Below are positions 41,363 through 53,147 of a stretch of 64,000 nucleotides of DNA, piece after piece. The stretch's first letter is position 1; each line of letters starts with the position of its first letter. A model generated the notes under the pieces. The model made no database searches, had not been told where the DNA came from, and saw nothing but the letters and a program-made list of their open reading frames with translations. A program made the position numbers and the translations under genes. The stretch is from Synechococcales cyanobacterium (GTDB taxonomy: Bacteria; Cyanobacteriota; Cyanobacteriia; CAKZMO01), in the NCBI GenBank assembly GCA_035285585.1, contig JAYKGU010000315.1, positions 5,040 to 69,039 of the forward strand, given 5' to 3'.

Positions 41363-41995
41363 ATGGTGGATTGCGTTGTGAAAAATTGGCAGGGCGATGA
41401 AGTTGGCGCTGCTACGTTTGACTTAAATGTGGCCAGTGAAGAAAACGCGCCTCACATTGTGCATCGTGCCCTGGTGCGCCAGCTAGCGAATGCTCGCCAG
41501 GGGACGGTTTCAACCAAAACCCGCTCGGAAGTTCGCGGAGGCGGACGCAAGCCCTGGCGGCAAAAGGGTACGGGTCGGGCCAGGGCAGGGTCGATTCGGT
41601 CTCCGCTGTGGCGGGGAGGCGGCGTCATTTTTGGGCCAAAGCCGCGAGACTTTGAAATCAAAATGAACCGCAAGGAGCGGCGATTGGCCCTACGTACCGC
41701 TTTCCAGAGCCGCTCTGAAGACCTGATTGTGGTTGAAGATTTCTCCGAAGATCTGCCCCGTCCCAAGACAAAAGAATTGGCGATGGCCCTGGCTCGTTGG
41801 GGCGTCGCCAGTGACGCAACGGTGTTGCTAATCGTGGCCGAGCGTAGTGAGAATATCTACCTGTCTGCCCGCAACATGCAATCCGTTAAGCTCATCTCCG
41901 CCGCCAACCTGAACGTTCATGATTTGCTGGTGGCCGATCACATCGTGATCACCGCTTCCGCTTTAGAAGCCGTTAAGGAGGTCTACGATGCCTAA
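41363..41995 (+). CDS. rplD: 50S ribosomal protein L4
   Basis: sequence/order. Confidence 0.9.
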   Translation: MVDCVVKNWQGDEVGAATFDLNVASEENAPHIVHRALVRQLANARQGTVSTKTRSEVRGGGRKPWRQKGTGRARAGSIRSPLWRGGGVIFGPKPRDFEIKMNRKERRLALRTAFQSRSEDLIVVEDFSEDLPRPKTKELAMALARWGVASDATVLLIVAERSENIYLSARNMQSVKLISAANLNVHDLLVADHIVITASALEAVKEVYDA

Positions 41996-42290
41996 ATTTG
42001 ACGCCCGCAGTTTGCCTGACCTGGTGCGCCGTCCCCTGGTCACAGAAAAGGCAACTATTCTCCTTGAAGACAATAAGTACGTTTTCGAGGTTGATCCCCG
42101 CGCCACCAAGAACGACATCAAAGCAGCCATCGAATCTCTGTTCGATGTCACTGTGGTTAAGGTCAATACACAAAATCCGCCCCGCAGGTCCCGCAGAATT
42201 GGTCGGTTTACGGGACACAAGCCCCAGTACAAGCGGGCAATTGTCACCCTGGCCGAAGATGATGAAATTGTGTTGTTCCCTGAGGTTTAG
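41988..42290 (+). CDS. rplW: 50S ribosomal protein L23
   Basis: sequence/order; 8-nt overlap with rplD. Confidence 0.9.
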   Translation: MPKFDARSLPDLVRRPLVTEKATILLEDNKYVFEVDPRATKNDIKAAIESLFDVTVVKVNTQNPPRRSRRIGRFTGHKPQYKRAIVTLAEDDEIVLFPEV

Positions 42291-42371
42291 GGCGATCGCT
42301 CCCCTTAGGAATCTTCTTACCCGATAAACTTCTGCCGTTTTCGCTGTTACTGCCGTTATTTTTTCTGAGCT

Positions 42372-43235
42372 ATGGGTATTCGTTCTTTCCGACCTTACAC
42401 CCCAGGCACCCGCGAGCGGGTCAATTCAGACTTTGCCGAGATTACTCGTAACGAACCCGAAAAGTCCCTTACCCGATATATTCACCGTTCCAAAGGGCGC
42501 AACAACCGGGGCGTCATCACCTGCCGCCATCGGGGCGGTGGGCATAAGAAGCTTTATCGCTTCATTGATTTCCAGCGCAATAAGCGCGACATTCCGGCTC
42601 AGGTCGTTTCTATTGAGTATGACCCAAACCGCAACGCCAGAATTGCCCTGGTTCAGTACGAAGACGGCGAAAAGCGCTACATCCTGCACCCAGCAGGGCT
42701 GACCGTTGGTAGCAGCATCATCGCGGGCGAGAACGCTCCGTTTGAAGTTGGCAATGCCCTGCCCCTTGGCAACATCCCCCTGGGAACAACAGTTCACAAC
42801 GTCGAGATTTTCCCTGGTCGTGGTGGCCAAATCGTGCGGGCAGCGGGCACCTCAGCTCAGGTGGTAGCCAAAGAAGGAGCGTTTGTCACTCTGAAGCTGC
42901 CCTCCAGCGAGGTACGGCTCATACGTCGCGAGTGCTATGCCACGATCGGCCAGGTCGGCAACGCCGATGTACGCAACACCAGCCTGGGCAAAGCGGGTCG
43001 AAAGCGCTGGTTGGGGCGTCGTCCGGAAGTTCGGGGTAGCGTCATGAACCCGGTTGATCACCCCCACGGTGGTGGTGAGGGCCGCGCCCCCATTGGTCGG
43101 AGTGGGCCAGTCACCCCTTGGGGTAAGCCTGCTCTCGGTAAGAAGACTCGGAAGCGGAAGAAGCTCAGTAATTCCCTCATCGTGCGTCGCCGCCGCCGCT
43201 CTTCGAAGCGGGGTCGGGGCGGTCGTAACGCTTAA
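42372..43235 (+). CDS. rplB: 50S ribosomal protein L2
   Basis: ...[12 protein letters not shown]... signature. Confidence 0.92.
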   Translation: MGIRSFRPYTPGTRERVNSDFAEITRNEPEKSLTRYIHRSKGRNNRGVITCRHRGGGHKKLYRFIDFQRNKRDIPAQVVSIEYDPNRNARIALVQYEDGEKRYILHPAGLTVGSSIIAGENAPFEVGNALPLGNIPLGTTVHNVEIFPGRGGQIVRAAGTSAQVVAKEGAFVTLKLPSSEVRLIRRECYATIGQVGNADVRNTSLGKAGRKRWLGRRPEVRGSVMNPVDHPHGGGEGRAPIGRSGPVTPWGKPALGKKTRKRKKLSNSLIVRRRRRSSKRGRGGRNA

Positions 43236-43297
43236 TTTGCAACGATTAACTCTGAAGTTGTCTAAAGCAAAGTTTTCCTAGCTGTGGAGATGGTGCT

Positions 43298-43576
43298 ATG
43301 TCGCGCTCACTAAAAAAAGGCCCCTTTGTGGCTGATCACTTATTGAAGAAAGTTGAGGATCTCAACGTCAAGGGTGAAAAGCAGGTGATCAAGACCTGGT
43401 CACGGGCATCTACAATTTTGCCCCAGATGATTGGTCACACCATTGCTGTCCACAACGGACGGCAGCATGTCCCCGTGTTTGTCACCGAACAAATGGTGGG
43501 ACATAAATTAGGAGAATTTGCCCCAACTCGCACTTTCCGTGGACACGCGAAGAGCGATAAAAAGGCACGTCGCTAA
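43298..43576 (+). CDS. rpsS: 30S ribosomal protein S19
   Basis: [11 protein letters not shown]... Confidence 0.92.
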   Translation: MSRSLKKGPFVADHLLKKVEDLNVKGEKQVIKTWSRASTILPQMIGHTIAVHNGRQHVPVFVTEQMVGHKLGEFAPTRTFRGHAKSDKKARR

Positions 43577-43634
43577 AGAAGGTTTATTAACTTGAACGGG
43601 TGGCTCAGGCTTGCCAACGCTGTAGGAGAACGAG

Positions 43635-44003
43635 ATGGTTGTCAGTACGGAATACGAAGTAAAAGCGATCGCCCGCTACGTGCGCATGTCACCGTTCAAG
43701 GTGCGGCGGGTTCTCGATCAAATTAGAGGACGCTCCTATCGGGAAGCGCTGATTATCCTGGAGTTTATGCCCTATCGGGCCTGCGAACCCATTCTGAAGG
43801 TGCTGCGGTCGGCGGTTGCCAATGCTGAGCATAACGAAGGTCTAGAACCCGCCAGCCTGATAATCAGTCAAGCCTATGCCGATCAGGGGCCGGTTTTTCG
43901 GCGATTTCGCCCACGGGCACAGGGGCGGGCTTACCAAATTCGCAAGCCAACCTGCCACATTACCATTGCCGTCGCTCCCTCCTTTGAGGACGACGACGAG
44001 TAG
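43635..44003 (+). CDS. rplV: 50S ribosomal protein L22
   Basis: sequence/order. Confidence 0.9.
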   Translation: MVVSTEYEVKAIARYVRMSPFKVRRVLDQIRGRSYREALIILEFMPYRACEPILKVLRSAVANAEHNEGLEPASLIISQAYADQGPVFRRFRPRAQGRAYQIRKPTCHITIAVAPSFEDDDE

Positions 44004-44067
44004 TTTGAAAAACTTCGTTGAATTCCGCTCTTAGCCATTCAGTTGCCCGTTGAACAGAGGACAGATT

Positions 44068-44799
44068 GTGGGACAGAAGATACATCCAGTTGGGTTTCGC
44101 CTCGGCATCACGCAAGAACACCGCTCCAAGTGGTTTGCCGATTTTAAGCGCTATCCTGATTTGCTTCAGGAAGACTACAAAATCCGTGACTATGTGACGA
44201 AAACGCTGAACAATGCAGGCATTTCCGAGGTCTGCATCGAACGCAAGGCCGATCAGATTGATCTGGAAATTCGTACCGCCCGACCTGGGGTGGTTGTCGG
44301 TCGGGGTGGTTCAGGGATTGAGCAGCTGCGGACTGGTCTGCAGCGCGAGCTGGAAGACAGCAATCGGCAGATTCGCATCAACGTCGTAGAAGTGGCACGG
44401 GTAGATGCGGATGCTTCGCTCATTGCTGAATATATCGTTCAACAGCTCGAACGGCGGGTTTCGTTCCGCCGCGTTGTCCGGCAGGCCATCCAGCGGGCAC
44501 AGCGGGCGGGGGCTGAGGGTATCAAAATTCAGGTAAGCGGTCGTCTGAATGGTGCGGAGATCGCCAGAACTGAATATACCCGTGAAGGCAAAGTGCCCCT
44601 CCATACGCTGCGAGCCGACGTTGACTATACCTATCGAACGGCCCAAACCACCTATGGCGTTTTGGGAATCAAGGTCTGGGTCTTCAAGGGAGAAATTATC
44701 CCTGGCCAGGAAGAAATTGCGGCTCCAGCGGCAACGCAGCCACGCCGCCGTCAACAGCGCCGTCGCCAGCAGTTTGAAGATCGTTCAAACGAAGAATAA
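44068..44799 (+). CDS. rpsC: 30S ribosomal protein S3 (basic/acidic C-terminal extension)
   Basis: GTG start giving [15 protein letters not shown]; ORF opens 44050. Confidence 0.9.
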   Translation: MGQKIHPVGFRLGITQEHRSKWFADFKRYPDLLQEDYKIRDYVTKTLNNAGISEVCIERKADQIDLEIRTARPGVVVGRGGSGIEQLRTGLQRELEDSNRQIRINVVEVARVDADASLIAEYIVQQLERRVSFRRVVRQAIQRAQRAGAEGIKIQVSGRLNGAEIARTEYTREGKVPLHTLRADVDYTYRTAQTTYGVLGIKVWVFKGEIIPGQEEIAAPAATQPRRRQQRRRQQFEDRSNEE

Positions 44800-44848
44800 A
44801 TCTTACGCTACGAGTTAAATTTCAAGCGGCTTTTGAAGGTACGGAATC

Positions 44849-45268
44849 ATGTTAAGTCCTAAGCGAACAAAATTTCGAAAGCAACAGCGCGGGCGAATGC
44901 GGGGGCTGGCAACTCGGGGATCGAGTCTCAACTTTGGCGATTTTGCGCTGCAAGCGCTGGAACCTGCCTGGATTACCTCACGCCAGATTGAGGCCAGCCG
45001 TCGAGCCATGACCCGCTACATCCGTCGGGGTGGCAAGATCTGGATTCGTGTGTTTCCCGACAAACCCGTTACCATGCGTCCGGCGGAAACCCGCATGGGT
45101 TCGGGTAAAGGAAACCCAGAGTTTTGGGTAGCGGTGGTTAAGCCAGGACGCATCCTGTTTGAAATTGCCGGAGTGCCCGAAGCAACTGCCCGCGAAGCAA
45201 TGCGTCTCGCCTCCTTTAAGCTGCCCATCAAAACGAAGTTCATTGCGCGCGAGCCGGAGGAGAGCTAA
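44849..45268 (+). CDS. rplP: 50S ribosomal protein L16
   Basis: [17 protein letters not shown]. Confidence 0.92.
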   Translation: MLSPKRTKFRKQQRGRMRGLATRGSSLNFGDFALQALEPAWITSRQIEASRRAMTRYIRRGGKIWIRVFPDKPVTMRPAETRMGSGKGNPEFWVAVVKPGRILFEIAGVPEATAREAMRLASFKLPIKTKFIAREPEES

Positions 45269-45270
45269 CG

Positions 45271-45558
45271 ATGCCCTTATCAAAAATTGGCGATTTTCGT
45301 CGCTTAAGTGACGATGAGCTAAACGAGCAAATCGTTGAAGCCAAAAGAAAGCTGTTTGAACTGCGCTTTCAAAAAGCAACCCGCCAGCTAGAAAAATCCC
45401 ACGAATTTAAGCATGCTCGTCATCGGATTGCTCAGTTAATGACTGTAGAGCGGGAGCGGGAGCTAGAGCGAGTGGCAGAAGAAGCCCAAGCGCTCGAATC
45501 TGAAGAAGCGGCTAGCGTTCCGTCTGTAGAGTCAGAGTCAACGATTGAGGAGGCGTAA
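45271..45558 (+). CDS. rpmC: 50S ribosomal protein L29 with acidic C-terminal extension
   Basis: order; 95 aa vs ~65-70 typical. Confidence 0.85.
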   Translation: MPLSKIGDFRRLSDDELNEQIVEAKRKLFELRFQKATRQLEKSHEFKHARHRIAQLMTVERERELERVAEEAQALESEEAASVPSVESESTIEEA

Positions 45559-45564
45559 CCCCAA

Positions 45565-45816
45565 ATGGCAACCAAAGAAAGAGTTGGCGTAGTGGTAAGC
45601 GACAAGATGAATAAAACCGTCGTTGTCGCAGTGGAAAACCGGGCACCCCACCCCAAATACCGCAAAATTATAGTTCGTACTAAGCGATATAAGGCACATG
45701 ACGAGGACAATCGCTGCCGAGTGGGCGATCGCGTCCGCATTCAAGAAACCCGTCCCCTCAGCCGCACAAAGCGCTGGATGGTCTTGGATGTCTTAGAAAG
45801 CGCCGCTGATATGTAA
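45565..45816 (+). CDS. rpsQ: 30S ribosomal protein S17
   Basis: sequence/order. Confidence 0.9.
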   Translation: MATKERVGVVVSDKMNKTVVVAVENRAPHPKYRKIIVRTKRYKAHDEDNRCRVGDRVRIQETRPLSRTKRWMVLDVLESAADM

Positions 45817-45866
45817 CTTGCTTTCCGTTTTCGTGTCCCCTCAAATCGTTATCCAGGAGATCAGTC

Positions 45867-46232
45867 GTGATTCAGCAAGAGTCTTACTTAAATGTGGCCG
45901 ATAACAGCGGGGCACGCAAGCTAATGTGTATCCGCGTTCTCGGGGGAAACCGCCGCTACGCCAATGTGGGAGACGTGATTATCGCAGTCGTTAAAGACGC
46001 GACTCCCAACATGGCTGTTAAAAAGTCCGATGTTGTGCGCGCTGTCATCGTTCGGACGAAGAAGGGGCTACAGCGTGATAGCGGCATGAGCATTCGGTTT
46101 GATGACAACGCTGCAGTGATCATCAACGCCGAAGGTAATCCACGGGGTACCCGTGTTTTCGGGCCGGTTGCCAGGGAACTGCGGGACAAAAACTTTACAA
46201 AAATTGTTTCGCTAGCGCCGGAGGTGCTCTGA
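45867..46232 (+). CDS. rplN: 50S ribosomal protein L14
   Basis: GTG start, [16 protein letters not shown]. Confidence 0.92.
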   Translation: MIQQESYLNVADNSGARKLMCIRVLGGNRRYANVGDVIIAVVKDATPNMAVKKSDVVRAVIVRTKKGLQRDSGMSIRFDDNAAVIINAEGNPRGTRVFGPVARELRDKNFTKIVSLAPEVL

Positions 46233-46585
46233 TGGTAAAAAAAACGGCTAAGGCGGCAAAAGTTCGCCACAAAATGCACGTCAAAAAAGGTGACACAGTG
46301 CAAATCATCACTGGTCGGGAAAAGGGCAAAGTGGGAGAAATCCTCAAAACCCTGCCCGAGTCGAGCAAGGTCGTGGTGAAGGGCGTCAATATCAAGACCA
46401 AGCACGTCAAGCCGCAGCAGGAAGGGGAGTCGGGCCAGATTACCACCTTTGAAGCTCCTATCCATAGCTCAAACGTCATGCTGTACTCAACCAAGGAAAA
46501 AGTGGCCAGTCGAGTCTGCTATACCTACAGCGAAGACGGACGAAAGGTGAGAATGCTGAAAAAAACCGGCGAGGTCATTGATTGA
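46232..46585 (+). CDS. rplX: 50S ribosomal protein L24
   Basis: ATGA overlap with rplN stop. Confidence 0.9.
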   Translation: MVKKTAKAAKVRHKMHVKKGDTVQIITGREKGKVGEILKTLPESSKVVVKGVNIKTKHVKPQQEGESGQITTFEAPIHSSNVMLYSTKEKVASRVCYTYSEDGRKVRMLKKTGEVID

Positions 46586-46708
46586 GTTGGCAGTGGATTA
46601 ACCGCCCATTCCTCCCGCATTTACACCCGCCCCTGATTAAGCAACGTTAGACAGTTACGAAATACGTGATCCCTGACCAAGCCCAGGGAATGGAAGGACA
46701 CCCAAAAT

Positions 46709-47260
46709 ATGGCAACAAACCAACGATTGAAAACACTCTATCAGGAAACGATTATTCCCAAATTGATGGAAGAGTTTCAGTACTCCAACATCCATCAGGT
46801 GCCCAAGGTGGTGAAGGTGACGGTTAACCGGGGATTGGGAGAAGCATCACAAAATGCTAAAGCAATGGAGGCATCCCTGGCCGAAATCGCTATGGTTACT
46901 GGTCAAAAGCCTGTTGTGACTCGCGCAAAAAAGGCGATCGCCGGTTTCAAAATTCGCAAAGGGATGCCGGTTGGCATCATGGTAACGCTGAGAGCCGAGC
47001 GTATGTATGCCTTCCTGGATCGCCTCATCAACCTGGCCCTGCCTCGAATTCGTGACTTTCGCGGGGTCAGCCCTAGCAGTTTCGACGGGCGGGGGAATTA
47101 CACCCTCGGCCTGCGGGAGCAGATCATCTTTCCAGAGGTAGACTACGACAGCATTGACCAGATTCGAGGCATGGATATTTCCATTGTGACCACAGCCAGC
47201 AGCGATGAAGAAGGCCGTGCCCTCCTTCGAGAAATGGGTATGCCCTTTCGGGAGAAATGA
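46709..47260 (+). CDS. rplE: 50S ribosomal protein L5
   Basis: sequence/order. Confidence 0.9.
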   Translation: MATNQRLKTLYQETIIPKLMEEFQYSNIHQVPKVVKVTVNRGLGEASQNAKAMEASLAEIAMVTGQKPVVTRAKKAIAGFKIRKGMPVGIMVTLRAERMYAFLDRLINLALPRIRDFRGVSPSSFDGRGNYTLGLREQIIFPEVDYDSIDQIRGMDISIVTTASSDEEGRALLREMGMPFREK

Positions 47261-47285
47261 CAAAGTTTCGTATTAAGAGGAAGCT

Positions 47286-47687
47286 ATGGCGTCTAATGAC
47301 ACAATTGCGGATATGTTAACGCGCATTCGAAATGCGAGTCTAGCTCGGCACCAGGAAACCAGGGTGCCGCTGACAAAAATGACTCGCAATATTGCCCAGG
47401 TTCTACAAAACGAAGGGTTCATTACGGGCTTTTCGGAGACGGGCGATGGTATCAAGCGCCAACTGGTCATTTCGCTAAAGTACAAGGGCAGAAATCGTCA
47501 ACCCATTATCCGAAAGCTCAGCCGCGTCAGTAAACCAGGACTGCGGGTCTACTCGAACCGTCGGGATTTGCCCCGTGTTTTGGGCGGCATCGGCATCGCC
47601 ATCATCTCAACGTCCCACGGCATTATGACGGATCGGGAAGCCCGACGTCAGGGGATTGGCGGTGAAGTGCTCTGCTTTGTTTGGTAA
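47286..47687 (+). CDS. rpsH: 30S ribosomal protein S8
   Basis: sequence/order (no rpsN between rplE and rpsH, as in cyanobacteria). Confidence 0.9.
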   Translation: MASNDTIADMLTRIRNASLARHQETRVPLTKMTRNIAQVLQNEGFITGFSETGDGIKRQLVISLKYKGRNRQPIIRKLSRVSKPGLRVYSNRRDLPRVLGGIGIAIISTSHGIMTDREARRQGIGGEVLCFVW

Positions 47688-47805
47688 GGCATCAACCTTC
47701 TTCAGAGGTTTGATGGGGGAAGGGTAGCGACGTGATCGGCAGCGCCTTTCCAAGAAAACACGGCCTAACCGTCGGATTGCAAATGTGCTGCAAGGAGAAT
47801 TATTT

Positions 47806-48345
47806 ATGTCTCGAATTGGTAAACGCCCCGTTCCCGTGCCGCCAAAGGTCACTGTCACAATTAATGGGCAGCATGTGGCGGTGAAGGGGCCAAAGGGCGA
47901 ATTGGCTCGCACGCTGCCCCCTGAAGTCGAAGTTGTTCAGGAGGGGGAAACCATTGTTGTCACCCGGCGGAACGAATCCCGTCCTGCCCGACAGCGCCAT
48001 GGCCTCTGCCGTACCCTGGTCGCCAACATGATTGAAGGGGTTTCTCAAGGCTTCCAAAAACGCCTGGAGATTCAGGGCGTGGGCTACCGTGCCCAGGTGC
48101 AGGGGAAAAATCTTATTCTCAACGTCGGCTACAGCAACCCGGTGCAAATTGAGCCGCCCGATGGCATCCAGTTCAGTGTCGAGGCCAACACAAACGTGAT
48201 GGTTAGCGGCATTGACAAGGAGATTGTCGGAAACATCGCAGCCCGGATTCGGGCCGTTCGTCCGCCTGAACCCTACAAAGGTAAAGGCATTCGCTATGCC
48301 GGTGAGATGGTTCGACGCAAGGCAGGTAAGGCAGGTAAGAAGTAA
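47806..48345 (+). CDS. rplF: 50S ribosomal protein L6
   Basis: MSRIGKRPV start; ORF opens 47785. Confidence 0.9.
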   Translation: MSRIGKRPVPVPPKVTVTINGQHVAVKGPKGELARTLPPEVEVVQEGETIVVTRRNESRPARQRHGLCRTLVANMIEGVSQGFQKRLEIQGVGYRAQVQGKNLILNVGYSNPVQIEPPDGIQFSVEANTNVMVSGIDKEIVGNIAARIRAVRPPEPYKGKGIRYAGEMVRRKAGKAGKK

Positions 48346-48707
48346 TGAAAACAAGTCGTAAGGAAGCAACCCGTCGTCGTCACTCGCGGATCCGGCGCAA
48401 AGCCATCGGTACCTCCGAACGGCCCCGCCTCGCCGTCTTCCGCTCTAACCAACACATCTATGCCCAGGTTATTGATGACAGCACCCACCACACACTGGTT
48501 TCAGCCTCTACCCTGGAGCCAGAGCTGAAGGCTGAGCTGGAGGCTAGCAACACCTGTGAGGCGTCTTCCAAGATCGGAGAACTGATCGCCAAGCGATCGC
48601 TCGAAAAAGGCATTACCAGCGTCGTATTTGATCGGGGCGGTAAGCTGTATCACGGTCGGGTAAAGGCTTTGGCTGAAGCAGCTCGCAACAATGGGCTTGA
48701 TTTCTAG
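48345..48707 (+). CDS. rplR: 50S ribosomal protein L18
   Basis: sequence/order. Confidence 0.9.
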   Translation: MKTSRKEATRRRHSRIRRKAIGTSERPRLAVFRSNQHIYAQVIDDSTHHTLVSASTLEPELKAELEASNTCEASSKIGELIAKRSLEKGITSVVFDRGGKLYHGRVKALAEAARNNGLDF

Positions 48708-48772
48708 CGATCGCCCTGCGATTGGCTAGGCTGGAGGGGAGAGCGTGGAACTGAATCTAGAGGAATAGGAGC

Positions 48773-49297
48773 ATGGCAAATCGTCGTAATAAAAACAATA
48801 AAGCGAAAGAGAAAGAGTCAGATTGGCAAGAGCGGGTAGTGCAAATTCGCCGGGTCACCAAGGTGGTAAAGGGCGGTAAAACTCTGAGCTTTCGTGCCGT
48901 TGTCGTCATTGGCAATGAGCGGGGTCAGGTAGGCGTGGGCGTGGGTAAGGCCAGCGATGTCATCGGTGCGGTTAAGAAGGGCGTCGCTGATGCCCGTAAA
49001 CATCTGGTCGATGTGCCTCTGACAAAATCCAACTCCCTCCCCCACCCCACCAATGGTGTCAGCGGTGGCGCACGGGTGATGATGCGTCCGGCAGGCCCTG
49101 GAACCGGTGTAATTGCTGGGGGTGCGGTACGCACCGTCCTTGAGCTGGCAGGAGTGCGGAATGTCCTGGCAAAGCAGCTAGGCTCTAGCAACCCCCTGAA
49201 CAATGCCCGAGCCGCTGCGGCTGCCCTTGATGTCCTTCGCACCTTTGCTGAGGTCGCTGAGGAGCGAGACATTGCTGTTGAGCAGCTCTATGCTTAG
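48773..49297 (+). CDS. rpsE: 30S ribosomal protein S5
   Basis: sequence/order. Confidence 0.9.
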   Translation: MANRRNKNNKAKEKESDWQERVVQIRRVTKVVKGGKTLSFRAVVVIGNERGQVGVGVGKASDVIGAVKKGVADARKHLVDVPLTKSNSLPHPTNGVSGGARVMMRPAGPGTGVIAGGAVRTVLELAGVRNVLAKQLGSSNPLNNARAAAAALDVLRTFAEVAEERDIAVEQLYA

Positions 49298-49364
49298 CCA
49301 CGGCTATCTCTGCAAAATTTGACAAGAGTCATTACGAATCACTTGGTTGTCATTAGGTTAGGTC

Positions 49365-49811
49365 ATGAGACTAGAAGACGCTGTTCCAAAGGACGGTTCT
49401 AAAAAACGCCGCCGCCGCATTGGCCGAGGAATTTCTGCGGGCCAGGGAGCAAGCGGCGGGTTTGGTATGCGAGGACAAAAGTCTCGCGCTGGGCGCAGTA
49501 CCCGTCCCGGCTTCGAGGGTGGCCAGTTACCCCTCTATCGACGGATTCCTAAACTGAAGCATTTCCCCCTCGTCAATCGCACCTCGTATACCGTGCTCAA
49601 CGTGGGCAAGCTGAATAACCTGCCGCCCAATTTTGAGGTAACCCTGGCCTCTCTGATAGACCTGGGCATCATTACAGCCAACGATGGCGCACTAAAGATT
49701 TTGGGCGATGGTGAACTGAGCGTGCCGCTTACCGTTAAAGCAGCGGCATTTACAAAATCGGCACGGGCCAAAATTGAGGACGCGGGCGGTCGCTGCGAGA
49801 CGATCGAGTAA
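49365..49811 (+). CDS. rplO: 50S ribosomal protein L15
   Basis: sequence/order (no rpmD before it). Confidence 0.9.
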   Translation: MRLEDAVPKDGSKKRRRRIGRGISAGQGASGGFGMRGQKSRAGRSTRPGFEGGQLPLYRRIPKLKHFPLVNRTSYTVLNVGKLNNLPPNFEVTLASLIDLGIITANDGALKILGDGELSVPLTVKAAAFTKSARAKIEDAGGRCETIE

Positions 49812-49918
49812 GGGCGGACTTGGGATCAGTCATCCTGCTTGCTCCACCGGATGAGCGGTATGCTAGATAAAGGATTGTTTATTCTTTTGCGACGGGTCAC
49901 AGCGAGGGAGATGCCCTG

Positions 49919-51226
49919 ATGGTTGTTAGTCGAGATAAGACGCCAACGGCTCAAGAAACGTTTATGCAAATGGCCCAGGCCGCTGGCCTACGCAAGCGGT
50001 TATTAATTACCGTCGGGCTATTAATTCTGGTGCGACTAGGTATTTTTATTCCTGTGCCAGGGATTGATCGGATCGCCTTCCAAAACAGCATCCAATCTAG
50101 CGGTCTGGGCGGCATTGTAGGCTTTCTTGATATCTTCTCTGGTGGTGGTCTCTCGCTTCTGGGGATTTTCGCCCTGGGAATTATTCCCTACATCAATGCT
50201 TCCATCATCATGCAGCTCCTGGCGGCGGCCATTCCCAGCCTGGAAGACCTTCAAAAAAACGAAGGGGAAGCGGGGCGGCGCAAGATTTCTCAAATCACGC
50301 GATATGTAGCCCTGGGCTGGGCAGTCTTACAAAGTTTTGGCATTGGGCTGTTGGTTAACAACTTCGCCCTCGAACCCGGTCCCCTCTTCATAGCCAGTAC
50401 GGTCATTTCCCTCTGCGCAGGCTCCATGTTTGTTATGTGGGTGGGAGAGCTGATTACCGAACGGGGCATTGGCAACGGCGCATCCTTGCTGATTTTCGTC
50501 AACATCGTCTCAACGCTGCCTCGATCCCTTGGACAAACCATTGAGTTGGCTCAAAGTGGCGATCGCAGCCTGGTTGGGGGCATTATTATCTTGCTTCTGG
50601 TCTTCCTGATTATGATCGTGGGGATCGTTTTTGTACAGGAAGGTACCCGCCGCATTCCCATTGTTTCAGCTCGACGACAGGTAGGGCGCAAAACCTACCT
50701 TGAGAAGAGCAGCTACTTACCTCTGAGGCTCAACCAGGGTGGTGTTATGCCCATTATCTTTGCCTCAGCCGTGCTCATCCTCCCTGCTTCCCTGACACAG
50801 GTTATCCCTAACGATTATCTGCGTCAGGTAGTAGAAGCTCTGCGTCCTGGTAATTGGCTCTACATGGTTGTCTATCTTTTGCTGATTCTGTTCTTCAGCT
50901 ACTTCTACGCCTCCCTGGTTGTTAACCCAGTCGATATGTCTCAGAACCTGAAGAAGATGGGAGCAAGCATTCCAGGAATCCGACCGGGTAAAGCCACCAG
51001 CGACTATCTCACACGAGTTCTCAACCGCCTAACTTTCCTGGGAGCAATCTTTTTGGGACTGGTAGCCATCGTGCCAACGGTGGTTGAGGGAGCAACCCGC
51101 GTCACCACGTTCCAGGGCTTAGGGGCTACGTCACTGCTGATTCTGGTTGGAGTAGCCATTGACACGGCCAAACAGGTACAGACCTATGTTATCTCCCAGC
51201 GATATGAGGGCATGGTGAAGCAGTAA
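49919..51226 (+). CDS. secY: preprotein translocase subunit SecY
   Basis: 10 TM; MQMAQAAGLRKRLLITVGLL N-terminus. Confidence 0.92.
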   Translation: MVVSRDKTPTAQETFMQMAQAAGLRKRLLITVGLLILVRLGIFIPVPGIDRIAFQNSIQSSGLGGIVGFLDIFSGGGLSLLGIFALGIIPYINASIIMQLLAAAIPSLEDLQKNEGEAGRRKISQITRYVALGWAVLQSFGIGLLVNNFALEPGPLFIASTVISLCAGSMFVMWVGELITERGIGNGASLLIFVNIVSTLPRSLGQTIELAQSGDRSLVGGIIILLLVFLIMIVGIVFVQEGTRRIPIVSARRQVGRKTYLEKSSYLPLRLNQGGVMPIIFASAVLILPASLTQVIPNDYLRQVVEALRPGNWLYMVVYLLLILFFSYFYASLVVNPVDMSQNLKKMGASIPGIRPGKATSDYLTRVLNRLTFLGAIFLGLVAIVPTVVEGATRVTTFQGLGATSLLILVGVAIDTAKQVQTYVISQRYEGMVKQ

Positions 51227-51516
51227 TGCTGGTGTTCAGTAGTCAGCTTCTACGGGGGTCAATCTTTAGGATTATGAAGATCCTTAGAAAGATTTGTTAA
51301 CTTATCCTGGGAGTGCTGTGTAGTCGCGGAGGGTTGAGCTTGGTGTCATTTTCCTAATCAATGGCGATCGCGCTCTAGCCTTAAAGCCAAACTGCTTCCC
51401 AGAAGTTATTTCCCCCCGCAGGTGGGCTACTCTCCGCCAAAACCCCAAGTAAATCGGAAGGTGCCGAATAAGAGATATGCCATCTGTCCCACTATTTCCC
51501 CAGGAGGAAGCCCGTT

Positions 51517-51744
51517 TTGTCTAAACAAGATCTGATTGAAATGGAAGGAACCGTAACGGATTCTCTGCCAAACGCCATGTTTAGGGTGGATCTGGATAAC
51601 GGGTTTAATGTCCTAGCCCATATCTCCGGGAAGATTCGCCGGAACTACATCAAAATTCTACCGGGCGATCGCGTCAAAGTTGAGCTAACCCCTTACGACC
51701 TGACCAAAGGGCGCATTACCTATCGCTTGCGAAATAAGAAGTAG
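51517..51744 (+). CDS. infA: translation initiation factor IF-1 (TTG start)
   Basis: S1-like fold sequence ...[43 protein letters not shown]...; AGGAGG SD 9 nt upstream. Confidence 0.9.
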   Translation: MSKQDLIEMEGTVTDSLPNAMFRVDLDNGFNVLAHISGKIRRNYIKILPGDRVKVELTPYDLTKGRITYRLRNKK

Positions 51745-51829
51745 GGGAACCACCCCGTTTGCCGCCTCGCGGAATTTGGGGAACGCGTTTAAGCAGGGAA
51801 GGCTGTCAACCTCTCTGCAAATTTTTATG

Positions 51830-51858
51830 TTGTTGAAACTCCCAATATTAGGTAGAAT
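51830..51858 (+). promoter_or_regulatory. candidate sigma70-type promoter (TTGTTG -17- TAGAAT) ahead of rpmJ-rpsM-rpsK-rpoA-rplQ
   Basis: hexamer match and spacing read directly; ~50 nt upstream of rpmJ. Confidence 0.35.
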
Positions 51859-51908
51859 AGATTGTTCTTGTGCTATAGATTTGCAACTCAAGAGATTAGA
51901 GAAAAAGG

Positions 51909-52022
51909 ATGAAAGTTAGACCGTCTGTACGAAAAATGTGTGAAAAGTGCCGCATCATCAAACGCCGAGGGCGCGTCATGGTGATTTGCGTAAACCCAAA
52001 GCATAAGCAACGTCAGGGCTAG
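51909..52022 (+). CDS. rpmJ: 50S ribosomal protein L36
   Basis: 37-aa [40 protein letters not shown] (below ORF-track cutoff). Confidence 0.9.
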   Translation: MKVRPSVRKMCEKCRIIKRRGRVMVICVNPKHKQRQG

Positions 52023-52092
52023 GCCTAAACCCACAGGGATTCTGTTAGCAGCAATTTAGAAGAAACGAAAAAATTGAGCAGGAGGGCAGGAA

Positions 52093-52476
52093 GTGGCACG
52101 GATTGCCGGAGTGGATCTCCCCAGAGATAAGCGAATTGAGATTGGACTAACTTATATCTACGGCATTGGCTTGTCGAGATCAAAGGAAATTTTGGCGGCT
52201 ACCGGCGTTAATCCTGATGTCCGGGTTAAAGACCTGACTGACGCCGATATTGTTGCCCTGCGGGAAGTCATTGAAAACGACTATCAGGTTGAGGGTGACC
52301 TCAGACGCTGGGAGTCGATGAACATTAAGCGATTGATGGACATCGGTACCTACCGGGGACGGCGACACCGCATGGGTTTACCTGTCAGAGGACAGCGGAC
52401 TCGTACTAACGCACGGACTCGGCGGGGTGGTCGCCGTACGGTGGCTGGGAAGAAAAAAGCTCCAAGTAAGAAGTAA
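52093..52476 (+). CDS. rpsM: 30S ribosomal protein S13
   Basis: [14 protein letters not shown]. Confidence 0.92.
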   Translation: MARIAGVDLPRDKRIEIGLTYIYGIGLSRSKEILAATGVNPDVRVKDLTDADIVALREVIENDYQVEGDLRRWESMNIKRLMDIGTYRGRRHRMGLPVRGQRTRTNARTRRGGRRTVAGKKKAPSKK

Positions 52477-52575
52477 ACCCCATGTCTTGAGCGCCTTTTT
52501 GCAACTGGATGCCCATAGGCGCAAGATCGTTTGGCGAATACAAAGAACAGGCAAAGCATAAGAGAACCGAAGGCG

Positions 52576-52971
52576 ATGGCAAAGCAAGCACCGAGAAAAG
52601 CTGGAGCAAAAAAACAGAAGCGCAATGTTCCCAATGGCGTTGCGCACATTCGTTCCACGTTTAACAACACAATCGTGACGATCACCGACGTTGCTGGGGA
52701 AGCTATTTCCTGGGCTTCTGCAGGTTCAAGTGGGTTCAAGGGTGCCAAGAAGGGAACACCATTTGCGGCCCAAACGGCTGCTGAAAATGCGGCCAGGCGT
52801 GCTATTGACCAGGGCATGCGGCAAATTGAGGTGATGGTCAGCGGACCAGGTGCCGGACGCGAAACAGCAATTCGTGCCCTCCAAGGGGCCGGGCTAGAAA
52901 TTACGCTAATCCGCGATGTCACGCCGATTCCCCATAACGGTTGCCGTCCACCAAAGCGCCGCAGAGTTTAA
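52576..52971 (+). CDS. rpsK: 30S ribosomal protein S11
   Basis: [25 protein letters not shown]; ORF opens 52531. Confidence 0.9.
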   Translation: MAKQAPRKAGAKKQKRNVPNGVAHIRSTFNNTIVTITDVAGEAISWASAGSSGFKGAKKGTPFAAQTAAENAARRAIDQGMRQIEVMVSGPGAGRETAIRALQGAGLEITLIRDVTPIPHNGCRPPKRRRV

Positions 52972-53147
52972 ACCCAGGGCAAGTGCTCAGGAGAATGGAT
53001 CCGCATCTATACGGCTGCATGCAGGGCCATGGCGATCGCCTTTCAGATTCGCTTCAAGGGGCGGCTAAGCGAGAAGAGAAAGGGTTAGGAAGAGTTGAGC
53101 CGGGAAGGCAAGGGTTGTCTTTCGTTGAGGAAGAGGGAGGCTGGTAG

